Part shown: positions 1 to 10,029 of the stretch, piece after piece | Position numbering within the stretch: position 1 is the first letter of the stretch | Layout: each line of letters starts with the position of its first letter | Assembly (NCBI GenBank): GCA_023667695.1 | Contig: JAMOZY010000004.1 | Location: 46,317 to 110,316, forward strand | DNA length: 64,000 nt | Direction of reading: 5' to 3' | Source: Clostridium sp. | GTDB taxonomy: Bacteria > Bacillota > Clostridia > Lachnospirales > Lachnospiraceae | The notes under the pieces: generated by a model | The model's database searches: none | Told to the model about the DNA's origin: nothing | Seen by the model: only the letters and a program-made list of their open reading frames with translations | Position numbers and translations under genes: made by a program

Positions 1-1425
1 TCCCGGCTCGGATTCCAGATATTGCAAATCCTCCTCCATAGGCATGGTAAAAGGATGATGCATTGCCGTATATCTTCCCTGCTCCTCATTCCACTCCAAA
101 AGCGGGAATTCGGTAATCCAGACAAACCGATATTCATTCTTATCCAAAATCCCCATCTGGGAAGCAAGCTCCAGACGAAGGGCTCCCAGCACATCATATA
201 CCAGCTTATCCTTATCTGCTGCAAAAAGCAATAAATCTCCCGGCTTACCATCCATAGCATGAACCAGGGCATCCAGTTCCTCCGGCTTCATGAATTTTGC
301 GAAGGAAGACTTATAGCTTCCATCTTCATTCACAGCAATATAAGCCAGTCCCTTGGCACCGTAGCCCTTGGCAAAGTCAACCAGGGCATCAATCTTTTTC
401 CGCGGCATACCGCCCTGTCCCTCTGCATTGATTCCCCGGACGCTCCCTCCGGCTTCGATTGCACTCTTGAATACTACGAATTCACAATTCCGGACTACCT
501 CTGTAACATTATGAAGCTCCATACCAAACCGTAAATCCGGCTTGTCCGAACCAAACCGGTCCATGGCCTCCTGCCAGGTCATCCGCTGTATCGGCAATGC
601 CACTTCAACACCAATCGCTTCTTGAAAAACCTTGGCAAGCAGACGCTCATTTACATCAATTATATCATCTACATCCACAAAGGATAATTCCATATCAATC
701 TGCGTAAATTCCGGCTGGCGGTCTGCGCGCAGGTCTTCATCCCGAAAGCATCGTGCAATCTGAAAATAACGGTCATAGCCAGAACACATTAATAACTGCT
801 TAAACAACTGGGGTGACTGTGGCAGCGCATAAAAGCTGCCCGGATGTACCCGGCTTGGCACCAGATAGTCCCTGGCTCCCTCCGGTGTTGACTTGGTCAG
901 CATAGGCGTCTCGATTTCCAGAAAGCCCTCCTCTGCCAGAAATGTCCGGACCAGCATGCACACCTGACTCCGGAGCATGATATTTGCCTGCAAATCCGGA
1001 CGACGCAAATCCAGATAACGATATTTCAGCCGAAGCTCTTCCTTGGTCTTACTATTCTCCTCAATGGGAAACGGCGGGGTATCTGCTTCCGATAATACCC
1101 GGAGGCTTTCTGCCACAATCTCAATCTCTCCGGTAATCAGGTTCTTATTTACGCCTCCTTCCCGCTCTACAACGGTACCGGTAACGGCAATTACAAATTC
1201 ACTCCGAAGCTTATAGGCCTTATTAAAGGTTTCCTCTGACAACTTATCACTGTTAAAGGTAATCTGCAGTAAGCCGCTCCGGTCACGGAGGTCCGCAAAA
1301 ATCAACCCGCCGGTATTCCGGGTTTTCTGCACCCAGCCCATAACCGTAACGGTTTCTCCTAAATTCTTTTTGCTTACTTCCGCACATCTATGACTTCGCT
1401 TCAAGCCCTGCATTGACTCTGCCAT
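1..1425 (-). CDS. aspS: Aspartyl-tRNA synthetase, N-terminal about 475 aa. The 3' end runs off the left edge of the window.
   Basis: The reverse complement from 1425 reads MAESMQGLKRSHRCAEVSKKNLGETVTVMGWVQKTRNTGGLIFADLRDRSGLLQ. Further in it reads ...FGSDKPDLRFGMEL...AMHHPFTMP, which are class II AspS motifs. It is absent from the ORF track because its stop lies outside the window. It sits directly downstream of hisS, as in many Firmicutes. Confidence 0.9.
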   Translation of the reverse strand, partial: MAESMQGLKRSHRCAEVSKKNLGETVTVMGWVQKTRNTGGLIFADLRDRSGLLQITFNSDKLSEETFNKAYKLRSEFVIAVTGTVVEREGGVNKNLITGEIEIVAESLRVLSEADTPPFPIEENSKTKEELRLKYRYLDLRRPDLQANIMLRSQVCMLVRTFLAEEGFLEIETPMLTKSTPEGARDYLVPSRVHPGSFYALPQSPQLFKQLLMCSGYDRYFQIARCFRDEDLRADRQPEFTQIDMELSFVDVDDIIDVNERLLAKVFQEAIGVEVALPIQRMTWQEAMDRFGSDKPDLRFGMELHNVTEVVRNCEFVVFKSAIEAGGSVRGINAEGQGGMPRKKIDALVDFAKGYGAKGLAYIAVNEDGSYKSSFAKFMKPEELDALVHAMDGKPGDLLLFAADKDKLVYDVLGALRLELASQMGILDKNEYRFVWITEFPLLEWNEEQGRYTAMHHPFTMPMEEDLQYLESEPG

Positions 1426-1467
1426 TTCTTGTCCTCCTTCTATCCTTCCGGCAAACACTCCGGTTTC

Positions 1468-2724
1468 TTACATCCGGTCTACAAAGAATTCCCGGAATTC
1501 CTCATAGCCTTCTTCCTTCATCTGTTCCTTCTGGAACTTTTTATTTTTCTTCATCATTACGATATTTACCTGTTTTCCGTCTGCCCGCTCTTCTTCTGCC
1601 ATCTTCAGAATCGTCAACAGCTTATCCGATGGCATATTCTTCTCTATGAGAAATGCAAGCTTTCTGCCTGCGGTAGGAACCAGATACTCCCGTTCCAGCA
1701 AGAGCATGATGATTCGTTCAAATCCAATGGAAAATCCACAGGCACTGATATTCTGTCCGGTAAATTTGCCAATCATTTCATCATAACGTCCCCCGCCGCC
1801 TACCGAGCCGCCATATTCATCCATGGATATTTCAAAAATCGGTCCGGTATAATAGGACATTCCACGTACCAGCGTAGGGTCAAAGCACATCTTAAACTCT
1901 GCGTTTCGGACCTGTTCTACACTTGCAATAATCGTAGTAAGCGCATCCGCAGTTTCCGGCTCCAAAAAGCCCTCCAGCCGTTCCTTCAGCAATGCAATTC
2001 CGGCAGTATCATTGGTTACAATACGGAACAACTCCAGATATTTCTCTACGGCTTCCTTCGAATATCCTGCCTCCAGTAATTCCGCCTCTACCCCTTCCAT
2101 ACCAATCTTATCCATCTTATCTAAAATAATAAACACCGTATCAAAGGCTTCCGGCGCAAATCCACTGTAAGCCGCCATAGCCTTCAAAATCCGCCGGTCA
2201 TTTATCCGAATGGTAAAGTTGCGAAAGTCCAGCTTGCCAAGCAGTGTCGTGGTAGCCTGAATCAATTCAATCTCTGCCAGATAGGAAGGTTCGCCCAGAA
2301 TATCAATATCACACTGCATAAACTGACGGTACCGTCCCCGCTGGGGCTTATCTGCCCGCCATACGTTTCCCATCTGCAATGCCTTGAAGGGACTTGGCAG
2401 TTCATTTGCGTTATTGGAATAGTACCGGGATAACGGCAGCGTCAGATCATACCGCAATGCCTCCTCCACCAGGTCTGCTTCACAGGATGTCTCTGCCAGA
2501 TTCAGCTTGTCTCCCCGCTTCAGGATTTTAAAAATCAGCTTTTCATTTTCTCCGCCCTGATTACTGCTTAAATTCCCGATATGCTCAACACAAGGGGTCT
2601 CAACGGAAGTAAATCCAAAGGTCTTATAAGTTTCTTTAATCAATCCAATCACATAATCCCGTATTTCCATTTCCCTTGGCATTATGTCCTTCATGCCGGT
2701 AACCGGCTTTTTTTTCATTGCCAT
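1468..2724 (-). CDS. hisS: Histidyl-tRNA synthetase
   Basis: 418-aa ORF starting with ATG after an AGGAG-like RBS. The sequence reads KGMKDIMPREMEIRDY...LRYDLTLPLSRYY...RYRQFMQCDIDILG...GGGGRYD, typical of class IIa HisS. Confidence 0.92.
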   Translation of the reverse strand: MAMKKKPVTGMKDIMPREMEIRDYVIGLIKETYKTFGFTSVETPCVEHIGNLSSNQGGENEKLIFKILKRGDKLNLAETSCEADLVEEALRYDLTLPLSRYYSNNANELPSPFKALQMGNVWRADKPQRGRYRQFMQCDIDILGEPSYLAEIELIQATTTLLGKLDFRNFTIRINDRRILKAMAAYSGFAPEAFDTVFIILDKMDKIGMEGVEAELLEAGYSKEAVEKYLELFRIVTNDTAGIALLKERLEGFLEPETADALTTIIASVEQVRNAEFKMCFDPTLVRGMSYYTGPIFEISMDEYGGSVGGGGRYDEMIGKFTGQNISACGFSIGFERIIMLLLEREYLVPTAGRKLAFLIEKNMPSDKLLTILKMAEEERADGKQVNIVMMKKNKKFQKEQMKEEGYEEFREFFVDRM

Positions 2725-2757
2725 TCTTGCTCCTCCTCATTTATCCTGCCCGTTCTG

Positions 2758-3396
2758 TTATCTGCCGGACAGATGCTCCAATGCCTCGATTTCTTCCAGG
2801 TCTTTTAATGTTCTTTCATTATGTATCACACTTTGAAATGCCAGAAACACGCGCATATCAAAATTCTTCACCTCATCAATCAACAGCTGGATTGCCGTAT
2901 CGGTATCGAATGCCTTTCGATAAGGGCGGTCGGAAATCAGTGCTACAAATACATCACATACCCGTAGGATTCTTGCCCCTAAGGGTATTTCCTCCCCTCG
3001 AAGATTGAAGGGATAGCCGGAACCATCAAAGTTCTCATGATGATATAATACCATACTGCATATAGGCTCGGACATTCCCTGCTTCCGCAAAATCTGTTCT
3101 CCCAGCTGGGCATGCCGGCGGATATAGCGGGCTTCCTCGATTTTCATGGTATCCTCTTTCCGCCCATAAATATATCGACTGATTTTTAATTTGCCAATAT
3201 CATGAAGCATTCCTGCCAACGCGATTTCCTGCACTTCCGTTTCCCGCAGTCCAAGCTCTCTTGCCAGCTTTGCGGCCAAATCACTGACACACATACCATG
3301 GGCCAGTCCGCTGTTAAAGTCTTCACTTAAATATCGATTAACTGTATCTCCTGAAAAAATATCTCTTTCCGCTTCCATAATCCACATTCCTATCAC
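2758..3396 (-). CDS. HD-GYP domain protein (putative cyclic-di-GMP phosphodiesterase or signalling protein)
   Basis: Contains HDIGK and HHENFDGSGYP motifs. The first codon of the listed ORF is GTG; in-frame ATGs at 3387 and 3378 are alternative starts. Only 33 nt separate it from the hisS start. Confidence 0.75.
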   Translation of the reverse strand: MIGMWIMEAERDIFSGDTVNRYLSEDFNSGLAHGMCVSDLAAKLARELGLRETEVQEIALAGMLHDIGKLKISRYIYGRKEDTMKIEEARYIRRHAQLGEQILRKQGMSEPICSMVLYHHENFDGSGYPFNLRGEEIPLGARILRVCDVFVALISDRPYRKAFDTDTAIQLLIDEVKNFDMRVFLAFQSVIHNERTLKDLEEIEALEHLSGR

Positions 3397-3425
3397 TTCC
3401 GCATAACATCCAAAATATTTTCACC

Positions 3426-4955
3426 TTATCCTAAGGATTTCTCAGAAAATCCCGCCTGCTTCCGGGCAATCATCTCATCCACCCGAAGCATATACTCCTC
3501 TACATTCTTTACATTTTCCACCCGCTCAATCCGGTTTTCCGCTGGAAAGGTCAGCTTGGTCGCCGTCCCGGCGCCTACTGCTATAATATCCATTTTCTCC
3601 TCCATAATCAAGACATTATACAGACATTCCTTTCCCGGCCTTGCATAGCCTACATTCTCCAGATTGCCGGGGATATTCTTCTGACGGTACAGATAATAAG
3701 GCTCCATCCCCAGGTCCCTGGCATAAGCATCTGCCAGCATAAGCATCTCATTGGTGCTTCCCTGAATGCTGTCCTGATATTGCTGCATCCGGATATTCAA
3801 TTCAGCCGCCCGTTTGATTGCCAGAGAATGCACCGTCAGACTATCCGGCTGCAGCTCCCGTATGATATCTAATGTATACTGCACATACCGGATATCCTCT
3901 CCGGGCAGTCCGGCAATCATATCCATATTAATATTATCAAAGCCAAAATCATACCGTGCCGTTTCAAAAGCATCCACCGTCATCTGCGCCGTATGCGCTC
4001 TTCCGATTAGCGCTAAGGTATCGTCATTCATGGTCTGGGGATTAATGCTGATTCGGGTAATCCCGCGCTCCTTCATGGCTGCAAACTTCTCCGGACTCAG
4101 ACTGTCCGGTCGTCCTGCCTCCACTGTAAACTCACACAGAAACCGGATATCAAATACCGCCTTTACCTTATCAATCACCCGTCCCAGCTGTTCCGCACTT
4201 AAAGAGGTAGGCGTTCCGCCGCCCATATACACAGATACCAGCCGTTTATTCCGATAGGCCTCCGCCACATATTCCAGCTCATGAAATAAAGCCTGCAGAT
4301 ACCCTTCTACCTGTTCCTTATACTTCTCAATGGGATAGGCAGTAAAGGAACAGTACAGACATCTGGACAAACAAAAGGGAATCCCGATATACAGGCAATA
4401 CTCCTCCGTAAACCGGAAGGGGCGTAAAAGCTCCTGCTCCCGTTTTGCAACCCGGCAGCAGATTTCGCCCTTTTGTCTGGTTGTCCGGTACTGCTCCTCA
4501 TATTCCCGGATAATATCCACTTCCTTCCAGCCCTGCTCCAGTCTTGCCGTTGCAAACTTCGTCGGCCGGACGCCAGTCATGCTTCCCCAGGGCAGGGTCT
4601 TATTACAATACCGGCTTAATATGGAATAGGCAGCCGCTTTAATCGGATTCCTTGCTGTCTTTTTATCCGGATAACGACAAAGAGCCGTCTCTTCCTCCAG
4701 CCTTTTTCCATCCTCCCACAGACTTAATACCACCCGTTCCTCCTCCAGCTCTGCCTGAAAGGTCAGACGGGTGCCTTCTTCCGTAAGTACAATCTTTTCT
4801 CTGGGAATAAAAGCCTGAATCATTGCCCGAAAGTCATTATTGTAATCATCTGCATTTTGCTTTAGGTATATCAAATCAATTCTCCCGTAACATAAAAACC
4901 TTCTGCTTTCCTCCCGTGCTGTCAGAAATGAAACAGACAGGTTTCCTGATGACAA
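3426..4955 (-). CDS. hemZ: HemZ-type oxygen-independent coproporphyrinogen dehydrogenase-like radical SAM protein
   Basis: Radical-SAM CxxxCxxC motif (CLSRCLYCSF) and HemN-like core (GGGTPT...INPQT) with the long N-terminal extension typical of HemZ. The ORF-track start at 4955 is a TTG. The true start is probably internal, for example the TTG near 4874 after GGGAGA. Confidence 0.75.
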   Translation of the reverse strand: MSSGNLSVSFLTAREESRRFLCYGRIDLIYLKQNADDYNNDFRAMIQAFIPREKIVLTEEGTRLTFQAELEEERVVLSLWEDGKRLEEETALCRYPDKKTARNPIKAAAYSILSRYCNKTLPWGSMTGVRPTKFATARLEQGWKEVDIIREYEEQYRTTRQKGEICCRVAKREQELLRPFRFTEEYCLYIGIPFCLSRCLYCSFTAYPIEKYKEQVEGYLQALFHELEYVAEAYRNKRLVSVYMGGGTPTSLSAEQLGRVIDKVKAVFDIRFLCEFTVEAGRPDSLSPEKFAAMKERGITRISINPQTMNDDTLALIGRAHTAQMTVDAFETARYDFGFDNINMDMIAGLPGEDIRYVQYTLDIIRELQPDSLTVHSLAIKRAAELNIRMQQYQDSIQGSTNEMLMLADAYARDLGMEPYYLYRQKNIPGNLENVGYARPGKECLYNVLIMEEKMDIIAVGAGTATKLTFPAENRIERVENVKNVEEYMLRVDEMIARKQAGFSEKSLG

Positions 4956-4958
4956 AAG

Positions 4959-5086
4959 TCAACACCCCCGCCGCAAGCAGCGGGGCATCAAATTTGAAAC
5001 GCCCCAAGGGGCGGGGTATGTTGACCCTCGCGGCAGTCGCCAAATGTCTGCAAGCAGCCACTTGGCTCGTTGCTCGCGGGAATCAA
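4959..5086. repeat. 128-bp GC-rich structured intergenic element, copy A (near-identical to 21111-21238)
   Basis: Direct alignment with copy B by eye shows the same orientation and only about 8 differences including single-base indels. It contains short GC hairpins (ccccgc...gcgggg, ggggc...gcccc, agcca-ct-tggct). It lies between the MBL gene stop and the hemZ start. Confidence 0.85.
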
Positions 5087-5730
5087 AAATCTGCAAGAAA
5101 CGGATTCATCTCCTTTTCCCGTCCAATGGTGGTCCGCTCATTGTGTCCCGGATATACCGTAACTGCCTCCGGCAGAACCATTAATTTTTCCCGAATCTCC
5201 TTTACTAACCGGATGCCGTCACCGGTTGGAAAATCCGACCGTCCAATGCTTCTGGAGAATAATGTATCGCCGGAAAACAATATCTGATTCTCCTCCAAAT
5301 AATAGCACATACCGCCTCTGGTATGTCCCGGCACCAGCATACAGGTGATTTCTGTTCCAAGTAATTCAATCACCTGTCCATCCTCCAACAGAATGTCCGG
5401 CTTTATGGTCATAACCTGACTGCTTAACATAGAGGACAGATTCTTTCTCGGGTCGTTCAGTACATCCTGCTCCTCTGCTGCCGCATAAAGAGGAACCTTA
5501 TGCCCTATCAGCTCCATCAGCTCCGGTACAGCCTCCATGTGGTCAATATGTCCGTGTGTCAACAGAACCGCCACACAATCCAGCTGCTGATTTACCAGCA
5601 TATTACTCAGAAACCGGGCATTGCTGGCCGGGTCAATAATAACTGCCTCCCTTGTCTCGGAATTATAAACGGTATAACAATTCGTCATAAAATCTCCCAA
5701 CTGATTCGTAATTACAATAATATCCTGCAT
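5083..5730 (-). CDS. MBL-fold metallo-hydrolase (glyoxalase II-like)
   Basis: 215 aa with an HGHIDH metal-binding motif. ATG start with AGGAGG RBS. Its TGA stop lies inside repeat copy A. Confidence 0.8.
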   Translation of the reverse strand: MQDIIVITNQLGDFMTNCYTVYNSETREAVIIDPASNARFLSNMLVNQQLDCVAVLLTHGHIDHMEAVPELMELIGHKVPLYAAAEEQDVLNDPRKNLSSMLSSQVMTIKPDILLEDGQVIELLGTEITCMLVPGHTRGGMCYYLEENQILFSGDTLFSRSIGRSDFPTGDGIRLVKEIREKLMVLPEAVTVYPGHNERTTIGREKEMNPFLADF

Positions 5731-5747
5731 GTTCCCACCTCCTGCTT

Positions 5748-8123
5748 CTATCCCATGGTCCGTTCAATATCAATGATGTCATCAATATTCCTAATTTTGG
5801 CAATTACTTTATTTAACTGCTCCACACCATGAATCTCAAATGCCACATTCACCGTTGCCTTTCCCTGACGATTGGTCCGCAGGGTCATACTGGTAACATT
5901 AATCAGCATTTCTGTAAACACCTTTGATATATCAAATACAATATTCCGCCGGTCAATGGCATAAATCTTAATATCTGTTACATAAAGGGTATCCTGGTTA
6001 TTCCCCTGCTTCTGCCACTCTGCTTCAATCAGCCGTTCCTTCTCCTCCTCCGTCATGCCCAGTACGTTGACACAGTCACACCGGTGAATGGACACGCCTC
6101 TTCCCCGGGTAACATAACCTACAATCTTATCTCCCGGCACCGGACTACAGCATTTGGAGAAATGAACCGCTACATCATCAATCCCCTTTACTATGATACC
6201 GCCTCTGAAATGCTTTGGACGCTGTACCTCCTGGGCTTCTGATTCAATCTGGGATAACAGCTCTTCATCGCTCAGCTTACGGCAATGATCCCGCTCATAT
6301 TCTTCTACCAGACGGTTGATAATCTGTCCTTCCTTGAGTCCTCCATGCCCGATTGCTGCACAGACGGATTCCCAATCCCGAAAGTTATACTTTTCCGTTA
6401 CCTTGGCAATATAATCCGGCTTGGTATAATCACTTAACTGAAGCCCTTTTGCCTTACAATATGCGTTCAGTAATTCTTTTCCTCTTGTAATATTGTCTTC
6501 CTTATATTCTTGCCGGAACCATTGATTAATCTTTGTTTTTGCCTGGGTGCTTCTTACAATATTCAGCCAATCCCGGCTTGGTCCCTTGGCATTGGGAGCC
6601 GTAATAATTTCTACCCGGTCACCATTTTGCAGCTTATAATCAATCGTCACCTGTCTGCCGTTTACTCTGGCGCCAATCAGCCGGTTTCCTACTGCCGTAT
6701 GAATCAGATAAGCAAAATCAATCGGTGTGGAACCGGATGGAAGAGATTTGACATCCCCTGCCGGAGTAAAGCAGTACACCTGTTCCGTAAAAAGGTCCAG
6801 GTCAGTCTTAATGGCACTCATAAACTCCTTATTGTCATCCGTATCCTGCTGCCATTCCAGAATCTGACGAAGCCAGGCAAGCTTCGCTTCCTCCCGTTCT
6901 TCCCCGGTACCGCCCTGCATATTTTCCTTGTACTTCCAGTGGGCAGCAATACCATACTCTGCCGTCCGGTGCATGTCAAAGGTCCGGATTTGTATTTCAA
7001 AGGGCTGTCCGGAAGGACCAATCAGCGTGGTATGCAGCGACTGATACATATTCGCCTTCGGCATGGCAATGTAATCCTTAAAACGCCCCGGAATCGGCGT
7101 ATACATCTCATGAATCACACCCAATGCCGCATAACAGTCCCGAACCGTATCAACCTTAATCCGAACTGCAAAAATATCATAAATCTGATCCAGGGTCTTA
7201 TGCTGATTTATCATTTTCTTATAGATACTAAAGAAATGCTTGACCCTGCCGTCAATTTCCGCTTCAATATTGGCATTATCAATATGATGCTGGACATCCT
7301 GTACAATTCCGTTGATAAAGGCTTCCCGCTCCGTAATCCGTTCATTAATCTGGCGGTTCAAGTCCTCATATACCTCCGGCATCAGATACTTCAGGGATAA
7401 ATCATCCAATTCCACCTTAATCTTGGAAATACCCAGCCGATGCGCAATCGGTGCATAGATATCCATGGTCTCCCGGCTTTTTTCAATCTGCTTTTGCGGT
7501 GACTGATACTGCATGGTCCGCAGATTATGAAGCCGGTCTGCCAGCTTAATGATGATAACCCGGATATCCTTCGCCATGGCAAGAAACATCTTTCGAAGAT
7601 TTTCTGCCTGAAGCTCAATCTTATCCTGTGAAAAATTCAGCTTGGTCAGCTTGGTGACGCCATCCACCAGAAGGGCAATTTCCGGGGAAAACTCCTGTGA
7701 AAGCTCCTCCGTTGTCATAATGGTATCCTCCACTACATCATGGAGAATTCCTGCTACGATAGTCTCCTTATCCATCTCCAGCTCCGCAAGAATGATTGCC
7801 ACGCATAGCGGATGGATGATATATGGCTCCCCAGACTTTCTCTTTTGATCCTTATGGGCCTCTCTTGCCACTTCATATGCCTTCTCAATCATTGTCGTAT
7901 CCGTAGAAGGATGATATTGCAAAATGTAATGAATCAAATCCTGAAATAACTCATCCGGAGGCGTAAAATCGTCCGGTGTGCTTAAATTCCTATCCCTTTT
8001 TCTTCCTGCCGTTCCGCCACCTGTTACGGAACGCATCAATTCAGAAAATTCAACCGGCTCCTGCTTTCCATTTTTGATTTCTTCTGCTTTCTTTTCCATT
8101 GGGTTGCCACCACACTTTCCCAT
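5748..8123 (-). CDS. relA: Bifunctional (p)ppGpp synthetase/hydrolase, RelA/SpoT family
   Basis: Contains the HD hydrolase domain (HPLCVAIILAE...HDVVEDT), the synthetase domain (RVKHFFSIYKKM...DIFAVRI) and TGS and ACT C-terminal regions. The start is uncertain; ATG at 8099 (MEKKAEE) has the better GGTGG RBS. Confidence 0.9.
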   Translation of the reverse strand: MGKCGGNPMEKKAEEIKNGKQEPVEFSELMRSVTGGGTAGRKRDRNLSTPDDFTPPDELFQDLIHYILQYHPSTDTTMIEKAYEVAREAHKDQKRKSGEPYIIHPLCVAIILAELEMDKETIVAGILHDVVEDTIMTTEELSQEFSPEIALLVDGVTKLTKLNFSQDKIELQAENLRKMFLAMAKDIRVIIIKLADRLHNLRTMQYQSPQKQIEKSRETMDIYAPIAHRLGISKIKVELDDLSLKYLMPEVYEDLNRQINERITEREAFINGIVQDVQHHIDNANIEAEIDGRVKHFFSIYKKMINQHKTLDQIYDIFAVRIKVDTVRDCYAALGVIHEMYTPIPGRFKDYIAMPKANMYQSLHTTLIGPSGQPFEIQIRTFDMHRTAEYGIAAHWKYKENMQGGTGEEREEAKLAWLRQILEWQQDTDDNKEFMSAIKTDLDLFTEQVYCFTPAGDVKSLPSGSTPIDFAYLIHTAVGNRLIGARVNGRQVTIDYKLQNGDRVEIITAPNAKGPSRDWLNIVRSTQAKTKINQWFRQEYKEDNITRGKELLNAYCKAKGLQLSDYTKPDYIAKVTEKYNFRDWESVCAAIGHGGLKEGQIINRLVEEYERDHCRKLSDEELLSQIESEAQEVQRPKHFRGGIIVKGIDDVAVHFSKCCSPVPGDKIVGYVTRGRGVSIHRCDCVNVLGMTEEEKERLIEAEWQKQGNNQDTLYVTDIKIYAIDRRNIVFDISKVFTEMLINVTSMTLRTNRQGKATVNVAFEIHGVEQLNKVIAKIRNIDDIIDIERTMG

Positions 8124-8190
8124 GCACTCACTCTGTTTTATCTGTACCAGTATAAAATTAATCCCCTAAAAAGTCAAACCTTCCGCTCCT

Positions 8191-9966
8191 TTAAGGACGA
8201 TGGGGCAGATAACTTTTTATCACAATCTGCAATGCCCGCATACCGTTAAATTCATTTATAGAGGGATAATAAACTATGTCCAGGGCAACATTGTTCAGCC
8301 AGCCCTTCATCATCTGGTCCCACTCGGCCTCTCCAAACCAGCTTTTAATATTGTCCATAAACTCTTCTACTTCAAAATAGATTCCTTCCATCCTGGCACC
8401 GGTTTCGCTCTCCAGCTCCAGCTTTAACAGATTGGCATTCCGCCCTAACACTCTGGCAGACCGGACGCTCAGATTCCTCTGGGCAAAGACCGGCTTTTCA
8501 TTTCCCTTCCCGAAGGGTTCCAGCAATTCCAACTGTTCAATCAAATCAAAGGTAATATAATCAATGGGCATCGGCACATCAATATACAGCTTGGGGGTCA
8601 GCTCCTCTTCCGTCAATTCACATAAAACATTCAGCTTATGCCGGAAATACTCTAAGTCCTTGCCATGGATGGAAAAGCCTGCCGCCATGGGATGCCCGCC
8701 ATATCGGATTAACAATTCCCTGCACTCTGTTAACGCCTCGTACATATTATATCCATCTACTGACCGTCCGGAGCCTTTTAGGCCACCATCCTCAGAGTCT
8801 GTCAAAATCAGTGTAGGACGATAAAAATGCTCCCGAATCCGTCCTGCAATGATTCCTGCCAGACTTTCATGGGTATCCGGCAGATAAACCACCAGTACCT
8901 TATCCTCTGCCAGGGTTGTAGTCTCAATCTGCTCTATGGCTGCTTCCACGCCATGCCGGGTCATTTCCTTTCGTTCATCATTTAACGCTTTCAAACGCTC
9001 TGCCCGTTTCAATGCCCGGTTATAATTCTCTTCCAGTAAAAGCTCCAATGCCAGCTTCGCATTCTCCAGCCTCCCCGTGGCATTAATACAGGGACCTAAT
9101 ACAAAGCCCAGATGATGCGACATAATCCTTTGGTTTCCCAGCTCATTGGTCCGGATTAAAGCCCGCATTCCTAAGTTTCCGGTACGATTCAGTTCCTCTA
9201 AGCCACGGCGGACCAGAATCCGGTTTTCATCTGTCAGCTCCATCACATCACAGACCGTAGCCATTGCAACAAATTCAATAAATTCATCTGCTTCTATCAC
9301 ATCAATATCCATCTCCTGATAAAGCACCTGAATGAACTTATATGCAACTCCTGCCCCGCATAAATGCTTAAAGGGGTACTTGCATTCTAACTGCTTCGGA
9401 TCAATTACGGCATCTGCTACTGACTGAATGTACTCCTTTTTCCCCTCGTCATCATATTCAAAGGGAATATCATGGTGATCCGTAACCACAACCGTCATCC
9501 CAAGATTCTTCGCATAGGCAATGGGAAGCAGGGCAGAAATACCATTGTCACAGGTTAACAGAACCCGGACACCGGCATCATACGCCTCCCGGACCATAGC
9601 CTCATTCATGCCATATCCATCTGCAATCCGATCCGGAATCCGATAATCCACCTTTGCATGACAGCGCTTTAAAGCCCGGTACAGGATATAATTCGACATA
9701 ATTCCATCCACATCATAATCGGATATAATCCGAATCGGAGTTTGCTGCCGGATTGCCTCCCGAATCAATGCTACGCCCTTCGTCATATCCTTCATCTGCC
9801 GCGGCTCGTACAAGTCTGCATTCTTGTTCAGATAACGTTCATACTCTGCTTTCGTTATCACATCCCGGTTGCGAATTACTCTTGCAATGACCGGATCAAT
9901 ATGAAATTGTTCCGCCAGCTCATAAAAATCAGCTTTTTTGTTCAGTAATATCCATTTTTCATTCAT
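8191..9966 (-). CDS. recJ: Single-stranded-DNA-specific exonuclease RecJ
   Basis: 591 aa with DHH motifs (DYDVDG, TCDNG, VVTDHH) and a DHHA1 region (GGHPMAAG). Confidence 0.9.
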   Translation of the reverse strand: MNEKWILLNKKADFYELAEQFHIDPVIARVIRNRDVITKAEYERYLNKNADLYEPRQMKDMTKGVALIREAIRQQTPIRIISDYDVDGIMSNYILYRALKRCHAKVDYRIPDRIADGYGMNEAMVREAYDAGVRVLLTCDNGISALLPIAYAKNLGMTVVVTDHHDIPFEYDDEGKKEYIQSVADAVIDPKQLECKYPFKHLCGAGVAYKFIQVLYQEMDIDVIEADEFIEFVAMATVCDVMELTDENRILVRRGLEELNRTGNLGMRALIRTNELGNQRIMSHHLGFVLGPCINATGRLENAKLALELLLEENYNRALKRAERLKALNDERKEMTRHGVEAAIEQIETTTLAEDKVLVVYLPDTHESLAGIIAGRIREHFYRPTLILTDSEDGGLKGSGRSVDGYNMYEALTECRELLIRYGGHPMAAGFSIHGKDLEYFRHKLNVLCELTEEELTPKLYIDVPMPIDYITFDLIEQLELLEPFGKGNEKPVFAQRNLSVRSARVLGRNANLLKLELESETGARMEGIYFEVEEFMDNIKSWFGEAEWDQMMKGWLNNVALDIVYYPSINEFNGMRALQIVIKSYLPHRP

Positions 9967-9977
9967 ACTAAAACCTT

Positions 9978-10019
9978 ACAAGGCTGCCCGGAACCTATCT
10001 CCCTTCCGAACAGCCTTGT
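9978..10019 (-). terminator. Long imperfect stem-loop between secDF stop and recJ start (possible attenuator or terminator)
   Basis: ACAAGGCTG at 9978-9986 pairs with CAGCCTTGT at 10011-10019. An inner CGGAA/TTCCG stem is also present. On the minus strand it is followed by AAGGTTTT. recJ starts immediately after, so termination would be partial at best. Confidence 0.3.
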
Positions 10020-10029
10020 CCATCTTTGT

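Noticed and set aside
1429-2079. Plus-strand ORFs antisense to hisS. Similar antisense ORFs occur at 6510-7400 in relA, 55425-55985 in the TagF-like gene, 56451-57020 in the CMP-synthetase fusion and 3814-4257 in hemZ.
   Set aside because: The opposite strand encodes proteins with unmistakable family motifs. The antisense translations are low-complexity with no recognisable domains.
2725-2757. Expected T-box leader upstream of hisS-aspS
   Set aside because: Only 33 nt separate hisS from the upstream HD-GYP gene, which leaves no room for a T-box. None was seen upstream of the HD-GYP or hemZ genes either.
4823-5287. ORFs crossing the 128-bp repeats (4823-5287, 4876-5061, 21064-21396, 21146-21337) that share the peptide GMLTLAAVAKCLQAATWLVAR
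   Set aside because: The shared peptide simply reflects identical DNA. There is no RBS, the ORF ends differ between the two copies, and each runs antisense into neighbouring genes. Treated as a non-coding repeat.
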